A stretch of 64,000 nt of DNA from Candidatus Nomurabacteria bacterium (GCA_020632415.1 JACKFO010000002.1:119947-183946); one strand, 5' to 3'; positions 1 through 10,648 are shown, counted from the stretch's first letter. The notes: generated from the sequence alone by a model not told the origin. Translations and numbers: made by a program.

Positions 1-1
1 A

Positions 2-724
2 GCTGGTCCTTGTACAATCGCTCAAGTTAAGAGTGATAAAGATGGCTACAAAGCTGTACAAGTAGGCTTTGACACAAAACGTGTCATCAATAAACCTCTG
101 GCAGGTCACTTAAAGGGCCTGGCAAATTTTCGTTATTTAAGAGAATTTAGAGTTTTAGATACTGCTAATTTTGAAAAAGGAAAAGTTTTTGATCTTTCCA
201 GTTTTGAAGTTGGTGATCAGATCAAAGTGACTGCTATTTCTAAGGGTAAAGGTTTTCAGGGTGTAGTTAAACGTCATGGATTCCATGGCTCTCCTGCTTC
301 TCATGGTCACAAAGATCAATTGCGTATGCCTGGTTCTATTGGCGCTACTGATGCAGCTCGTGTTTTTAAAGGTACTCGGATGGCTGGCCACATGGGCGTT
401 GATACAGTGACTGTTCCAAATTTAAAAATAGTTGAGATTGATCAAGAAAATAATTTATTGTATGTCAAAGGAGCAATTCCTGGACATCGTAATACTTTAG
501 TTAAAATTGTTGCTGATGGAGATTTAACTTTTGTTGATTTAGAAGCCAAAAAAGAAGTCAAGTCAGAAGCCACAGAAGAAACAGCAGTAGAAGCTGAAGT
601 TAAAGAAGAAGTGACTTCAGAGGCAGTAGAAAATTCTGAAGTAGCAACAGAAGAAAAAGAAGAAACAAAGGTTGAAGAGAAAGTTGAGGCTCCAGTTGAT
701 TCAACAGAAGAACAAAAATCATAA
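2..724 (+). CDS. rplC: 50S ribosomal protein L3 (5' end lies outside the window) with a C-terminal Glu/Lys-rich tail
   Basis: The frame stays open from position 2. The translation ...KGKGFQGVVKRHGFHG...MAGHMG... is typical L3. It lies first in the conserved L3-L4-L23-L2 order. Confidence 0.9.
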   Translation, partial: AGPCTIAQVKSDKDGYKAVQVGFDTKRVINKPLAGHLKGLANFRYLREFRVLDTANFEKGKVFDLSSFEVGDQIKVTAISKGKGFQGVVKRHGFHGSPASHGHKDQLRMPGSIGATDAARVFKGTRMAGHMGVDTVTVPNLKIVEIDQENNLLYVKGAIPGHRNTLVKIVADGDLTFVDLEAKKEVKSEATEETAVEAEVKEEVTSEAVENSEVATEEKEETKVEEKVEAPVDSTEEQKS

Positions 725-747
725 TTTGGTAAATTTAAGCTAATTTT

Positions 748-1383
748 ATGGCAGATCTTAAAGTAAAATTATACGACTTCGCAGGTAAAGAGTTAGGAGA
801 AGAGAAATTAGACCCTAAATTATTTGGCGTGACTGTAAAACCAGGTGTAGTTCAAGAAGTTTATGTCGCGCAAACTGCAAATTCTCGTCAGGTTTTAGCT
901 CACACCAAAGGTAGAGCAGAAGTTCGTGGTGGTGGTAAAAAACCTTGGAAACAAAAAGGAACTGGTCGTGCTCGTCATGGTTCTTCACGTTCTCCAATTT
1001 GGATTGGTGGTGGAATCACTTTTGGTCCAACTAAAGAACGTAATTTTTCCAAACAAATTAATAAGAAAACCAAAAAAGCCGCTCTTGCCATGGTTTTATC
1101 AGACAAGCTTGCAACTGATCGTTTAGTTTTGCTTGATGCTTATGCTTTGAGTGAAGCTAAGACCAAGTTATTAAAAAATAGTTTAGATAAATTACCAAAC
1201 AAGAATAAATCAACTTTGATTGTTACCAAAAAAACTGATCAAAATGTAAAATTAGCAGCAGCTAATTTACCAAGAACAGAAACTATTTATTATGGTAGTT
1301 TAAATATTGTTGATTTATTAAAATACGATTATTTACTTTTAAGTAAAGAATTGTTAGCTAAGCTTGAAAAACATTATTCATAA
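748..1383 (+). CDS. rplD: 50S ribosomal protein L4
   Basis: The translation carries an L4-like KPWKQKGTGRARHGS motif. It follows rplC. Confidence 0.9.
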   Translation: MADLKVKLYDFAGKELGEEKLDPKLFGVTVKPGVVQEVYVAQTANSRQVLAHTKGRAEVRGGGKKPWKQKGTGRARHGSSRSPIWIGGGITFGPTKERNFSKQINKKTKKAALAMVLSDKLATDRLVLLDAYALSEAKTKLLKNSLDKLPNKNKSTLIVTKKTDQNVKLAAANLPRTETIYYGSLNIVDLLKYDYLLLSKELLAKLEKHYS

Positions 1384-1387
1384 AGAT

Positions 1388-1822
1388 ATGGGTATTTTTA
1401 ATAAAAAATCAAAAGAAGAAGTAAAGGATGCAGAACAAAAAGATCTTGCAGTCAAAGAGGATTCTGCTAAAAAGGTAGTAAAAAAAGCTACTAAAAAAGT
1501 TGATCGTGTTAAAAACACCGATGATCTTAAAGTTGATGTTATTGCTAGTCGTATTTTATTACGTCCAGTTATTTCTGAAAAAGCAACGATGGCTAATTCT
1601 GAAAATAAATATATTTTTGAAGTAGCAATCAAGGCTAATAAAGTAGAAGTCAAAAAAGCAATTCAAGAAGTTTATGGAATTGTGCCGCAAGCTGTGAATA
1701 TTATCAATCAGTCTGGCAAAAAAGTGCATTTTGGTCGTAGAGCAGGTCGTACCAAAGATGTTAAGAAAGCTATTGTTACTTTGAAAAAAGGTGATAGTAT
1801 TACAATTTACGAAGGTATTTAA
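1388..1822 (+). CDS. rplW: 50S ribosomal protein L23 with a Lys-rich N-terminal extension
   Basis: The C-terminal 95 aa, ...LLRPVISEKAT...VNIINQSGKKV..., form the L23 core. The ATG at 1388 lies right after the rplD stop. The upstream ORF start at 1364 is TTG. Confidence 0.85.
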   Translation: MGIFNKKSKEEVKDAEQKDLAVKEDSAKKVVKKATKKVDRVKNTDDLKVDVIASRILLRPVISEKATMANSENKYIFEVAIKANKVEVKKAIQEVYGIVPQAVNIINQSGKKVHFGRRAGRTKDVKKAIVTLKKGDSITIYEGI

Positions 1823-1844
1823 GTTTCAAATTTAAGCTAATTTT

Positions 1845-2693
1845 ATGGCAATTAAAGTTTACAAACCGACAACTCCAGCCAGAAGACAGACTAGTGTCTT
1901 GGTCAACAAATCTTTGAGCAAAGCTCGTCCAAAGAAATCTTTGATCGTGATTAAAAAGAAAAACGCTGGCCGTAATAGTCAAGGAAGAATTACTGTTCGT
2001 CATCAAGGCGGTGGCGTTAAAAGATATATTCGTTTAGTAGATTTCAAACGTCAAAAATTTGATGTTCCGGCTCGTGTTGAAACTTTAGAATACGATCCAA
2101 ATCGTAATGCTAGCATTGCTTTGCTTGTTTATGCTGATGGTGAACGTCGTTATATTTTAGCTCCAGAAAAATTAAAAGTTGGAGACAAAATTATTTCCTC
2201 TCAAGGAAAAGTAGCGATTAGCAATGGCAATCGTTTGTTGTTAAAAAATATTCCTACCGGTACAGTTGTTTATAATGTAGAAATGATGCCAGGCAAAGGT
2301 GGGCAATTAGCTCGTTCAGCTGGTAATTCTGTTACTTTAATGGCCTTAGACAACGGTAAAGCGCAATTAAAATTACCAAGTGGTGAAATCAGAATTGTTT
2401 CAGAAGAATGTTCAGCTACTATTGGCTCATTGAGTAATCCAGAACATCGAAATATCCGTTGGGGTAAAGCTGGTCGTATGAGACGTTTAGGTATTCGTCC
2501 AAGTGTCCGTGGTAAAGTAATGAATCCAGTAGATCATCCTCATGGTGGTGGTGAAGGTTCTAACCCGATTGGTTTGAAATCACCTAAGACTTATAAAGGT
2601 AAAAAAGCTTACGGTATTAAAACTCGCAAAGCTAAAAAATCTTCTAGCAAGCTTATTATCAAACGTCGTAAGAGTAGACAAACAAGTAAATAA
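1845..2693 (+). CDS. rplB: 50S ribosomal protein L2
   Basis: The motifs [16 protein letters not shown] and HPHGGGEG are hallmark L2. Confidence 0.95.
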   Translation: MAIKVYKPTTPARRQTSVLVNKSLSKARPKKSLIVIKKKNAGRNSQGRITVRHQGGGVKRYIRLVDFKRQKFDVPARVETLEYDPNRNASIALLVYADGERRYILAPEKLKVGDKIISSQGKVAISNGNRLLLKNIPTGTVVYNVEMMPGKGGQLARSAGNSVTLMALDNGKAQLKLPSGEIRIVSEECSATIGSLSNPEHRNIRWGKAGRMRRLGIRPSVRGKVMNPVDHPHGGGEGSNPIGLKSPKTYKGKKAYGIKTRKAKKSSSKLIIKRRKSRQTSK

Positions 2694-2702
2694 TAAAACA
2701 TT

Positions 2703-2981
2703 ATGTCAAGAAGTTTAAAAAAAGGTCCTTATACTGATCCAAAGTTGCTAAAAAAGGTTAGTGATTTAAAACCAGAAGATGGCAAAGTTATCAAAACTTG
2801 GTCACGTCCTTCTGTAATTACTCCTGAAATGGTTGGCTTTACTTTTGGTGTCCACAATGGTCGTGAACATTTAAATGTTTATGTTGTTGAAAACATGGTT
2901 GGTCATAAGCTAGGAGAATTTGCTCCAACCAAAAAATTTGTCGGTCATGGTGGTAAAATGGCTAAAGAGAAAAAGAAATAA
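2703..2981 (+). CDS. rpsS: 30S ribosomal protein S19
   Basis: [17 protein letters not shown] is the S19 signature. Confidence 0.95.
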   Translation: MSRSLKKGPYTDPKLLKKVSDLKPEDGKVIKTWSRPSVITPEMVGFTFGVHNGREHLNVYVVENMVGHKLGEFAPTKKFVGHGGKMAKEKKK

Positions 2982-2993
2982 TTTTAAAAAATT

Positions 2994-3509
2994 ATGATTG
3001 AAGTCAAAGCAAAATTAAGTAACTTAAGAATTTCTGCCAAAAAAGCTCGTTTGGTAGTCGGTGCTATTCGTGGACTCAGTGTTAGCGAAGCTTTATTCCG
3101 TTTGCCGGTTATTTTTAAGAAAACAGCTCCAGTAGTTGAAAAACTTTTAAAATCAGCTGTTGCCAATGCCGTTGATCAATATGATTTAAAAGTAGAGGAT
3201 TTAGTTATCAAAAGCATTATTGTCAACAAAGGCATTGATTTAAAACGTTGGATTCCAGCTGCTTTTGGTCGCGCTCATCCTTTCCGTAAACACTCTTGTC
3301 ATATTGAAGTTGTTCTTACTGTCAAAGATGGTGTAAAAGTAGAAAAGAAAATCAAAGATACCAAAGTAGAAACAGTAAAATTAGCTGATTTAGATAAAGA
3401 AAAAAAAGCAGAACCAAAAAAAGAAAAAACTGAAAAAAAATCAGTAAAAAAGATTGAAAAAGAAGAAGCAAAAGAAGAGTCTAAAGAAAAAGATACTAAT
3501 AAGAAATAA
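2994..3509 (+). CDS. rplV: 50S ribosomal protein L22 with a Lys/Glu-rich C-terminal tail
   Basis: The core ...AKKARLVVGAIRG...RAHPF... is L22. It is followed by about 60 aa of KEKK repeats. Confidence 0.9.
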   Translation: MIEVKAKLSNLRISAKKARLVVGAIRGLSVSEALFRLPVIFKKTAPVVEKLLKSAVANAVDQYDLKVEDLVIKSIIVNKGIDLKRWIPAAFGRAHPFRKHSCHIEVVLTVKDGVKVEKKIKDTKVETVKLADLDKEKKAEPKKEKTEKKSVKKIEKEEAKEESKEKDTNKK

Positions 3510-3512
3510 TCT

Positions 3513-4298
3513 ATGGGACGCAAAATTAATCCAAAATTATTCCGCCTTGGTTTGAGTGAAAATTGGCGCTCTCGCTGGTACGCTGGTCGTGACTATGTTG
3601 AGTTTTTACGACAAGATACAGTGATGCGTAAATTTTTAAATGTCAAACTTAGAGACGCCGGCATTGATAAAATAGAGATTGAAAGAAACCGTGGCGAAGT
3701 AACAGTCAATATTTTAGCTGCTAAACCAGGTTTGATTATCGGCCGTGGTGGTTCAGGAATTGAAGATTTGAAAAAAATAATTTTAGCTAAATTTGTTGAT
3801 CGAAATACAAAATTACAGATCAATATTACTGAAATTTCCAATCCAAATTTATCAGCTGCCGTGATTGTTCGTAGTATGGCTGATGATTTAGAACGCCGTC
3901 TTCCTTTCCGCAGAGTTTTGAAACAGAATATTGAAAAAGTAATGAAGGCCGGCGCTAAGGGTGTCAAAGTTATGGTTGCTGGTCGTTTAAACGGTGTAGA
4001 TATCGCTCGAACTGAAAAACTAGTCGAAGGTACTATTCCGGTTAGTACTTTAAGAGCTGATGTTGATTATAGCCGTGGCATAGCAAGTACTACTTACGGT
4101 GTAATCGGAATTAAAGTTTGGATTTACAAAGGTGAATATTTTGCTAAAAAAGACAAAAAAGCTGACGAAGTTAAAGAGCCAGCAAAATCAGTTAAACTTT
4201 TCGGTAAAAATAAAGCTAGTATCCCAGAGATTAAAAAAAATAATAATAAAACTACCGAAAAGAAAGTAGTTAAAGTAGTCAAAAAAGAGACTAAATAG
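3513..4298 (+). CDS. rpsC: 30S ribosomal protein S3 with a Lys-rich C-terminal tail
   Basis: MGRKINP...GIIGRGGSGIE is the S3 KH domain. The tail is KKDKKADEVKEP... Confidence 0.95.
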   Translation: MGRKINPKLFRLGLSENWRSRWYAGRDYVEFLRQDTVMRKFLNVKLRDAGIDKIEIERNRGEVTVNILAAKPGLIIGRGGSGIEDLKKIILAKFVDRNTKLQINITEISNPNLSAAVIVRSMADDLERRLPFRRVLKQNIEKVMKAGAKGVKVMVAGRLNGVDIARTEKLVEGTIPVSTLRADVDYSRGIASTTYGVIGIKVWIYKGEYFAKKDKKADEVKEPAKSVKLFGKNKASIPEIKKNNNKTTEKKVVKVVKKETK

Positions 4299-4331
4299 TT
4301 AAAAGTCAAATAATTTAAATAATATTTTATT

Positions 4332-4748
4332 ATGTTAGCACCAAAGAAAGTAAAACATAGAAAGTGGCAAAGAGGAGACCAAATCAAAGGTAAAGCCACC
4401 CGAATGACTAAAGTTAGTTTTGGTGAGTATGGCCTAAAAAGTTTACAAGCTGGTTGGGTCACCTCTCGTCAAATCGAATCTGCTCGTCGTGCGATTACTG
4501 GTCATGTCCAACGTGGCGCTGATGTTTTTATTCGTATTTTTCCTGACAAGCCAATTACCGCCAAAGGTAACGAAATGCCAATGGGTAAAGGTAAGGGAGC
4601 TGTTGATCATTATGTAGCGGTTGTCAAACCAGGTACTGTGATGTTTGAAATGAAAGGTGTTGATGAGGAAACTTCTAAAAGAGCTTTGACTTTAGCTGCT
4701 CATAAATTGTCAGTAAAAACTAAATTTGTAACCAAGGAATTAAGATAA
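4332..4748 (+). CDS. rplP: 50S ribosomal protein L16
   Basis: [11 protein letters not shown]...RMGKGKG matches L16. Confidence 0.95.
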   Translation: MLAPKKVKHRKWQRGDQIKGKATRMTKVSFGEYGLKSLQAGWVTSRQIESARRAITGHVQRGADVFIRIFPDKPITAKGNEMPMGKGKGAVDHYVAVVKPGTVMFEMKGVDEETSKRALTLAAHKLSVKTKFVTKELR

Positions 4749-4752
4749 AATT

Positions 4753-4971
4753 ATGAAAGTCAATGAATTAAGACAATTGAGCATGGCTGATTTAAATAAG
4801 AAATTGCAAGAGTTAAGAAATAAAACCAGAGAGTTAAGATTTAGTATTGCTAATAATCAATTAAGTCATGTTAAGGATTTAGATAAAACTAAAAAAGAAA
4901 TTGCCAGAATTTTGACGATCATTAATCAAAAAAGAAGTGTTAGTGAAGGTCAATCTGTAGAGGCTAAATAA
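4753..4971 (+). CDS. rpmC: 50S ribosomal protein L29
   Basis: It has the expected size and position, with an L29-like ELRQLS...LQELR stretch. Confidence 0.85.
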   Translation: MKVNELRQLSMADLNKKLQELRNKTRELRFSIANNQLSHVKDLDKTKKEIARILTIINQKRSVSEGQSVEAK

Positions 4972-4995
4972 AAATGACTAATTAAGATCAAAAAA

Positions 4996-5250
4996 ATGTC
5001 AAACGAAGTTATTAAAAGAAAATTGCAGGGAGAAGTTGTCAGTAATAAAATGGACAAAAGTGTTATTGTCAAAGTTATTACTATTAAAACTCATCCTAAG
5101 TATAAAAAGCAATATAAAGTTAGCCGCAAATATTCAGCTCATGATGAGAAAAATGAATATCAGATTGGCGACGTGGTGATTATTGAGGCTTGCCGACCAT
5201 TGTCCAAGACAAAGCGTTGGAGAGTTTTAAAGAAAGCTACTAAAGCTTAA
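4996..5250 (+). CDS. rpsQ: 30S ribosomal protein S17
   Basis: ...[16 protein letters not shown]...HDE...GD matches S17. Confidence 0.9.
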   Translation: MSNEVIKRKLQGEVVSNKMDKSVIVKVITIKTHPKYKKQYKVSRKYSAHDEKNEYQIGDVVIIEACRPLSKTKRWRVLKKATKA

Positions 5251-5281
5251 GGTTTAAAAGATTTAATTTTAATTCACAGAT

Positions 5282-5653
5282 ATGATTCAACATAGATCAA
5301 TGCTAAAAGTTGCTGATAACTCTGGTGCCAAGTTAGTACAGTGCATCCGTGTTTTAGGTGGCTACAAAAAGCGTTATGCTCAAATCGGCGATATTATCAC
5401 CGTGGTTATTAAATCTGCTCAACCTTATGCTCAAGTCAAAAAGAGCCAAGTGGTCAGTGCAGTGATTGTTCGTCAAAGAAAAGAAATTCGCCGTAAAAAT
5501 GGTATTTACATCCGTTTTGATGAAAATGCAGTTGTGATTATTGATAAAAAGAATAAAGAGCCAAAAGCTACTCGTATTTTTGGACCAGTAGCCAGAGAAT
5601 TAAGAGCTAAAGGTTTTAATAAGATCGTTTCTTTAGCACCGGAGGTATTATAA
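5282..5653 (+). CDS. rplN: 50S ribosomal protein L14
   Basis: [17 protein letters not shown] is the canonical L14 N-terminus. Confidence 0.95.
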   Translation: MIQHRSMLKVADNSGAKLVQCIRVLGGYKKRYAQIGDIITVVIKSAQPYAQVKKSQVVSAVIVRQRKEIRRKNGIYIRFDENAVVIIDKKNKEPKATRIFGPVARELRAKGFNKIVSLAPEVL

Positions 5654-5654
5654 T

Positions 5655-5978
5655 ATGAACAAAAAATTTAAAATCAGAATCAATGACAAAGTTCAGGTTA
5701 TTGCCGGAAAAGATAAAGGAAAAACTGGCAAAGTTACCCAAATTTTACCTGAATTAGACAAAGTCGTAATTGAAGGCATTAATGTGATGTATAAACACAT
5801 TAAGAGTCGCAAACAGGGTGAAAAGGGTCAAAGGGTAGAATTTAATGGCCCAATTCATGTTAGTAATGTCATGTTAGTTTGTCCAAAAAGTGGCAAGCCA
5901 ACTAGAATTGGTATTAAAGCAGGTGAAAATAAACAAAAATCAAGAATCAGTAAAAAAGCAAAAGAAGTTATTGATTAA
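5655..5978 (+). CDS. rplX: 50S ribosomal protein L24
   Basis: The KOW motif IRINDKVQVIAGKDKGKTGKV is present. Confidence 0.9.
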   Translation: MNKKFKIRINDKVQVIAGKDKGKTGKVTQILPELDKVVIEGINVMYKHIKSRKQGEKGQRVEFNGPIHVSNVMLVCPKSGKPTRIGIKAGENKQKSRISKKAKEVID

Positions 5979-6001
5979 TTCTTGATTAAATTCAAAATAT
6001 T

Positions 6002-6553
6002 ATGAAAGGTTTGAAAGAATTGTATAATAAAGAAATCAAAGCCAAGCTAAAAGAAGAATTAGCTTTAGGTAATCTAATGTCCGTGCCAAAGATGCAGAAG
6101 GTCTCTATTAATATTGGCCTAAGTCGTGCCGCTCAAAACAAAGAATGGATTGAGATCGGCAAAAGCATTTTGGAGCGTATTAGTGGCCAAAAACCAGTTT
6201 TGACCAAAGCTAAAAAATCTATCTCTAATTTTAAAATCAGAGAAGGCATGGTTGTTGGCGCCAAAGTTACTTTGCGCGGCCAAAGAATGTATGATTTTAT
6301 CGACAGATTTGTGAATAGCACTTTGCCTCGAATGAGAGATTTTCATGGTCTAGATTTCAAAAAAGGCTTTGATGGAAATGGGAATTATACAATTGGTTTT
6401 AAAGAGCATATTATTTTTCCAGAAATCGGTATGGAAGATGTTGACAGGACGCATGGCTTGGAAGTGACCTTTAATACTAGTGCCAAGAAAAATGACCACA
6501 CTTTAGCTTTACTTAGAGCTTTTGGTTTTCCTTTTAAGAAAAATAAGAAATAA
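6002..6553 (+). CDS. rplE: 50S ribosomal protein L5
   Basis: [15 protein letters not shown] is the L5 signature. Confidence 0.95.
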   Translation: MKGLKELYNKEIKAKLKEELALGNLMSVPKMQKVSINIGLSRAAQNKEWIEIGKSILERISGQKPVLTKAKKSISNFKIREGMVVGAKVTLRGQRMYDFIDRFVNSTLPRMRDFHGLDFKKGFDGNGNYTIGFKEHIIFPEIGMEDVDRTHGLEVTFNTSAKKNDHTLALLRAFGFPFKKNKK

Positions 6554-6561
6554 TTAAGAAT

Positions 6562-6756
6562 ATGGCAACAAAAGCACAAATTGTAAAATCAAAAAGATCA
6601 CTAGAAAATCCAAAATATTCTACCAGAATAGTACGTCGTTGTTGGCGTTGTGGTCGAAAGCATGCTTATATGCGTGAGTTTGGATTATGCCGTATCTGTT
6701 TTCGAGAATTAGCTTCCAAGGGCGAAGTGCCAGGCGTAACTAAATCTAGTTGGTAA
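6562..6756 (+). CDS. rpsN: 30S ribosomal protein S14 type Z (zinc-binding)
   Basis: It is 64 aa with a CxxC...CxxC motif, [20 protein letters not shown]. Confidence 0.9.
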   Translation: MATKAQIVKSKRSLENPKYSTRIVRRCWRCGRKHAYMREFGLCRICFRELASKGEVPGVTKSSW

Positions 6757-6790
6757 ATTTTATACATTAAATTAATTTTATATTAAAATT

Positions 6791-7180
6791 ATGACGGATC
6801 CTATTGCAGACATGTTAACAAGAATACGCAATGCTGTGGCTGTTAAAAAGCCAGAGGTGGTTTTGCCTTTCTCCAAGGTCAAGTTTAACATTGCTAAATT
6901 ATTGGAATCAGAAAACTATGTCGAAAAAGCTGAGCTGATTAAGGAAGCTAATTTTGATAAGGTAAAAATTACATTGAAATATAACGATGATCAACCGGCA
7001 ATTAGCCATTTGAAGAGAATTTCTAAGCCTGGTCAAAAAATTTATATCAATAGTCAAGAAATTCCAAGAATTTTAAATGGTTATGGTTTAGCGATTATTT
7101 CTACTTCCCAAGGAATTATGAGCGGCAAGCAAGCCAAGGTCGCTAAAGTCGGCGGAGAATTAATGTGTGAAATTTGGTAA
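6791..7180 (+). CDS. rpsH: 30S ribosomal protein S8
   Basis: MTDPIADMLTRIRNA is the canonical S8 N-terminus. Confidence 0.95.
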   Translation: MTDPIADMLTRIRNAVAVKKPEVVLPFSKVKFNIAKLLESENYVEKAELIKEANFDKVKITLKYNDDQPAISHLKRISKPGQKIYINSQEIPRILNGYGLAIISTSQGIMSGKQAKVAKVGGELMCEIW

Positions 7181-7213
7181 TTTTAGTTTTTATTTATTAG
7201 ATATTTAGATATT

Positions 7214-7753
7214 ATGTCAAGAATTGGAAAAAAACCGATCACCATCCCTCAAGGTGTTGAAGTAAAAATTGAAGGTCAAAAAGTTAGCGTCAAAGGACCA
7301 AAAGGGTCTTTAGAGGTTGAAATTTTACCAATGGTCAAAGCAGAATTAACAGATGGCCAAGTAATTTTTACAGTAGAAAATTCAGAAGACAGAGAGCAAA
7401 AAGCTTTTTGGGGTTTATTTCGTAACTTGGTTAATAACGCCATTATCGGAGTAAGTGAAGGTTTTTCAAAAAGTTTAGAAATTAACGGAGTCGGTTTCAA
7501 GGCAGCAATGCAAGGAAAAGATTTATTGTTAAACGTTGGTTTTTCTCACCCAGTTGTTTATAAGGCAGTAGAAGGAATTACGATTGAAGTAGAAAAAAAT
7601 GTGATCAAAATCAGCGGCATTGATAAACAGTTAGTCGGACAAACTTCTTCCGAAATTAGAGCGATCAAAAAACCAGAGCCTTACAAAGGCAAGGGCATTA
7701 AATACAGCGATGAAGTTATCAGACGTAAAGCTGGTAAGGTAGTCAAATCTTAA
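7214..7753 (+). CDS. rplF: 50S ribosomal protein L6
   Basis: MSRIGKKPI...GVEV is the L6 N-terminus. Confidence 0.95.
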   Translation: MSRIGKKPITIPQGVEVKIEGQKVSVKGPKGSLEVEILPMVKAELTDGQVIFTVENSEDREQKAFWGLFRNLVNNAIIGVSEGFSKSLEINGVGFKAAMQGKDLLLNVGFSHPVVYKAVEGITIEVEKNVIKISGIDKQLVGQTSSEIRAIKKPEPYKGKGIKYSDEVIRRKAGKVVKS

Positions 7754-7766
7754 TCTTTAAAATATT

Positions 7767-8123
7767 ATGAAAGATTTAAATAAATTAAAACAAGCCAAAT
7801 TCTTTCGTCGTCAAAGACGTACTAGAGCCAAAATCAACGGCACAAGCCAAAAGCCACGTTTGTCTGTTTTTCGTAGTCTAAAACACATCAGCATTCAAGC
7901 TATTGATGATTTTAATCGTGTGACTTTGGCTGCTGCCTCTGACAGAGAGTTGAAAGAAAAAGGAAATAAAACAGAGTTGGCTTCAAAACTTGGTGCATTA
8001 TTAGCTACTAAATTACAAGAAAAAAATATCGCCGAAGCAGTTTTTGATAAAGGCGCTTATAAATATCATGGTCGCGTCAAAGCAGTAGCTGAGGCTTTAA
8101 GAAGTAGTGGAATAAAATTTTAA
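7767..8123 (+). CDS. rplR: 50S ribosomal protein L18
   Basis: ...RRTRAKI...PRLSVFRSLKHI... matches L18. Confidence 0.9.
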   Translation: MKDLNKLKQAKFFRRQRRTRAKINGTSQKPRLSVFRSLKHISIQAIDDFNRVTLAAASDRELKEKGNKTELASKLGALLATKLQEKNIAEAVFDKGAYKYHGRVKAVAEALRSSGIKF

Positions 8124-8125
8124 TT

Positions 8126-8731
8126 ATGGCAGAAGAAAAAACAACAAAGGAAAATATCGCTCCTGCAGCAACCAAACAAAGTTTTGAAAAAAAACCAAAC
8201 TTTAGAGGTCGTCGTAGACAAGATTCTCGTCAAGAAAGAGAAAAAGATGAATTCCAACAAAAAATGGTTGATTTAGCTCGAGTTACTCGTGTGATGGCTG
8301 GTGGTAAAAGAATGAAGTTCAGAGCTTGTATGGTTGTTGGTGACGGCAAGGGCAAAGTTGGCATGGCTGTCGCTAAAGGTGCTGATGTTTCTTCGGCAAT
8401 TAATAAGGCAGTGACCAAAGCCAAAAAGGCTTTGATTACTGTACAGATTGTTGATGGTACAATTCCTCACGAAATTAATATTAAATTTAAAGCTGCTAGA
8501 CTAATGCTTAAACCTGCTAAAAAAGGTAATGGTATTAAAGCTGGCGGTGTGGTGCGTGTTGTTTTAGAGCTTGCTGGTGTCAAAGATGCGGTGGCTAAAA
8601 TTTTAGGTACTAATAACAAAGTCAACAACGTAAAAGCAACAGTTCAAGCTTTAAATTCTTTTAAGACTAGAACCAAGATGAAAACTGTGCTTAAAAAAAG
8701 CGAAACAGAAGTAAAAGAAGCCAAAGTTTAA
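8126..8731 (+). CDS. rpsE: 30S ribosomal protein S5 with N- and C-terminal extensions
   Basis: ...VDLARVTRVMAGGKRMKFRA.VVGDG.GKVG.A.AK... is the S5 core. Confidence 0.9.
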   Translation: MAEEKTTKENIAPAATKQSFEKKPNFRGRRRQDSRQEREKDEFQQKMVDLARVTRVMAGGKRMKFRACMVVGDGKGKVGMAVAKGADVSSAINKAVTKAKKALITVQIVDGTIPHEINIKFKAARLMLKPAKKGNGIKAGGVVRVVLELAGVKDAVAKILGTNNKVNNVKATVQALNSFKTRTKMKTVLKKSETEVKEAKV

Positions 8732-8759
8732 GATCATAAAAAAGATTTAAGAAATAATT

Positions 8760-9257
8760 ATGTTAGCTGTACACACATTAAAAGCGAACAAAAGCAATAA
8801 AAAGCCAAACAAGAGAGTTGGTCGTGGTAATTCTTCTGGTAAGGGTACTTATTCTGCTCGTGGCTTGAAAGGTCAGAAATCTCGTTCTGGCGGTAAGTCT
8901 GGACTACAAACTCGTAGCATCAAGGCTTATTTGTTGCGTATTCCAAAAAATAGAGGCTTTAAGTCTTTGCAAAATAAACCAGAAGTTGTTAATTTGTCAG
9001 ATTTAGAAAACAAATTTGAAGCCGGTAATAAAGTCAATGCTCGTGCTTTATTAAAAGCCGGATTGATTAGCACTATCGCTAATGGCGTAAAGGTTTTGTC
9101 TAACGGAACATTAACCAAGAAATTGCTAGTAGAAGCCAATGCTTTTTCAGAAACCGCTAAAGAAAAAATTGAAAAAGCCGGTGGTCAAGCAACTGTTGTT
9201 GGACAAAAAGCTAAAGATATTTTAAAAGAAGAAGCAAATAAACAAAAAGATGCTTAA
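8760..9257 (+). CDS. rplO: 50S ribosomal protein L15
   Basis: ...KRVGRGNSSGKGTYSARG.KGQKSRSGG is L15. It starts 28 nt after the rpsE stop, so there is no room for rpmD. Confidence 0.9.
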   Translation: MLAVHTLKANKSNKKPNKRVGRGNSSGKGTYSARGLKGQKSRSGGKSGLQTRSIKAYLLRIPKNRGFKSLQNKPEVVNLSDLENKFEAGNKVNARALLKAGLISTIANGVKVLSNGTLTKKLLVEANAFSETAKEKIEKAGGQATVVGQKAKDILKEEANKQKDA

Positions 9258-10527
9258 AAAAATACAACAACTTTGGAAAGCTAAAGACATTAGAAATAGT
9301 ATTTTCTATGTTTTGGCTTTACTAGTGGTTTTTAGGATTGCCGCTCATATTCCGATCCCTGGAGTTGATGCTGGTAGTCTAAAAGAAATTTTTTCTGGTA
9401 ATGATATTTTAGGCTTATTAAACTTATTCTCTGGTGGTGGCTTAGAAAATTTTTCCGTAGTTATGTTGGGCGTTGGTCCTTACATTACCGCTTCGATTAT
9501 TTTTCAGCTTTTGGTCATGATTGTTCCACGCTTGGAAGCTTTACAAAAAGAAGGGGAATATGGACAACAGAAAATTAACCAATACACTCGTCGTTTAACC
9601 GTGCCTTTGGCTATTGTTCAAGGTTATGGTTTTATTCATTTGTTAGATCAAAGAACCAATGGTGCTTTGATGGCTAACATGAGTGGTTTTCAATTTTTTA
9701 CTGCTATTGTGATGGTTACTGCCGGTACTGTTTTCTTGATGTGGCTTGGAGAATTAATTACTGAAAAGAAAATTGGCAATGGTATTTCTTTATTGATTTT
9801 TGCTGGTATTATCGCTAGCCTACCACAATCATTTGCTAATACTTTACTTGCTTTTGATAGCTCCCAAGTTTTGAATTTTGTTATTTTTATTATCATTGCT
9901 TTAGTCACCATTATTGCAATTGTGGTGATTACCGAAGGTCAAAGAAACATCCCTGTTTCTTATGCTCGTCATATGGTTGGTCAACGCAGCATGGGCGGAG
10001 TAAACACTCATTTGCCTTTACGAGTTAATCAAGCTGGCGTGATTCCAATCATCTTTGCTATCTCCATGATCTTGATTCCTCCTACTTTAGCTCAGTTTTT
10101 CTTAAGATCAGATGTTAGTTGGCTAGCTAGTTTTTCCCAATGGACCATTGATCTCTTCCAAAATCAAACTTTTTACGGTATTTTTTACTTTATTGTAGTT
10201 ATTGCTTTTACTTATTTTTACACTTCAATTATTTTTCATCCAAATCAGATTGCCGAAAATTTACAAAAGCAAGGTGGGTTTATTCCTGGCATTCGTCCTG
10301 GTCGTCATACTGAAGAGTATTTAAATAAGGTAATGACTCGTATTATTCTAGCTGGCGCTTTATTTTTGGGCGTTGTAGCCGTGTTACCGATTGTCGTTGC
10401 TCCACTTACTGGTGTCAGAACCATGTCTTTGGGCGGTACTAGTATTTTGATTGTTGTAGCGGTAGTGATCGAGACTGTGAAGCAAATTGATGCGCAATTA
10501 GTAATGCGTGATTACGAAGGATTTTAA
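9250..10527 (+). CDS. secY: preprotein translocase subunit SecY
   Basis: It is a 425-aa polytopic protein at the canonical SecY position, with a SecY-like GIS...GI..SL motif. Confidence 0.95.
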   Translation: MLKKIQQLWKAKDIRNSIFYVLALLVVFRIAAHIPIPGVDAGSLKEIFSGNDILGLLNLFSGGGLENFSVVMLGVGPYITASIIFQLLVMIVPRLEALQKEGEYGQQKINQYTRRLTVPLAIVQGYGFIHLLDQRTNGALMANMSGFQFFTAIVMVTAGTVFLMWLGELITEKKIGNGISLLIFAGIIASLPQSFANTLLAFDSSQVLNFVIFIIIALVTIIAIVVITEGQRNIPVSYARHMVGQRSMGGVNTHLPLRVNQAGVIPIIFAISMILIPPTLAQFFLRSDVSWLASFSQWTIDLFQNQTFYGIFYFIVVIAFTYFYTSIIFHPNQIAENLQKQGGFIPGIRPGRHTEEYLNKVMTRIILAGALFLGVVAVLPIVVAPLTGVRTMSLGGTSILIVVAVVIETVKQIDAQLVMRDYEGF

Positions 10528-10552
10528 ACAAAATAAGAATTTACATCTTTTT

Positions 10553-10576
10553 GCCCCCAGCCTTGGGGGCTTTTGT
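10553..10576 (+). terminator. rho-independent terminator after secY
   Basis: A GCCCCCA gcct TGGGGGC stem-loop is followed by TTTTG. Confidence 0.7.
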
Positions 10577-10601
10577 ATTTACAAGCATATTTTGCTATAA
10601 T
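10573..10601 (+). promoter_or_regulatory. sigma70-type promoter for adk-map-ruvX
   Basis: TTGTAT-N17-TATAAT lies 47 nt upstream of the adk ATG. Confidence 0.55.
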
Positions 10602-10648
10602 TTGTATGTTTCTAATTATTAAATCGGGGAAAAGAAATTTTTTATTTT

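Noticed and set aside
155-391. A 78-aa minus-strand ORF antisense to rplC, and similar antisense ORFs inside other ribosomal genes (815-997, 1378-1653, 1800-2006, 2984-3166, 3299-3523, 3593-3967, 4124-4462).
   Set aside because: They lie fully within strongly supported ribosomal protein genes. Low-complexity translations like these are typical of AT-rich antisense frames.
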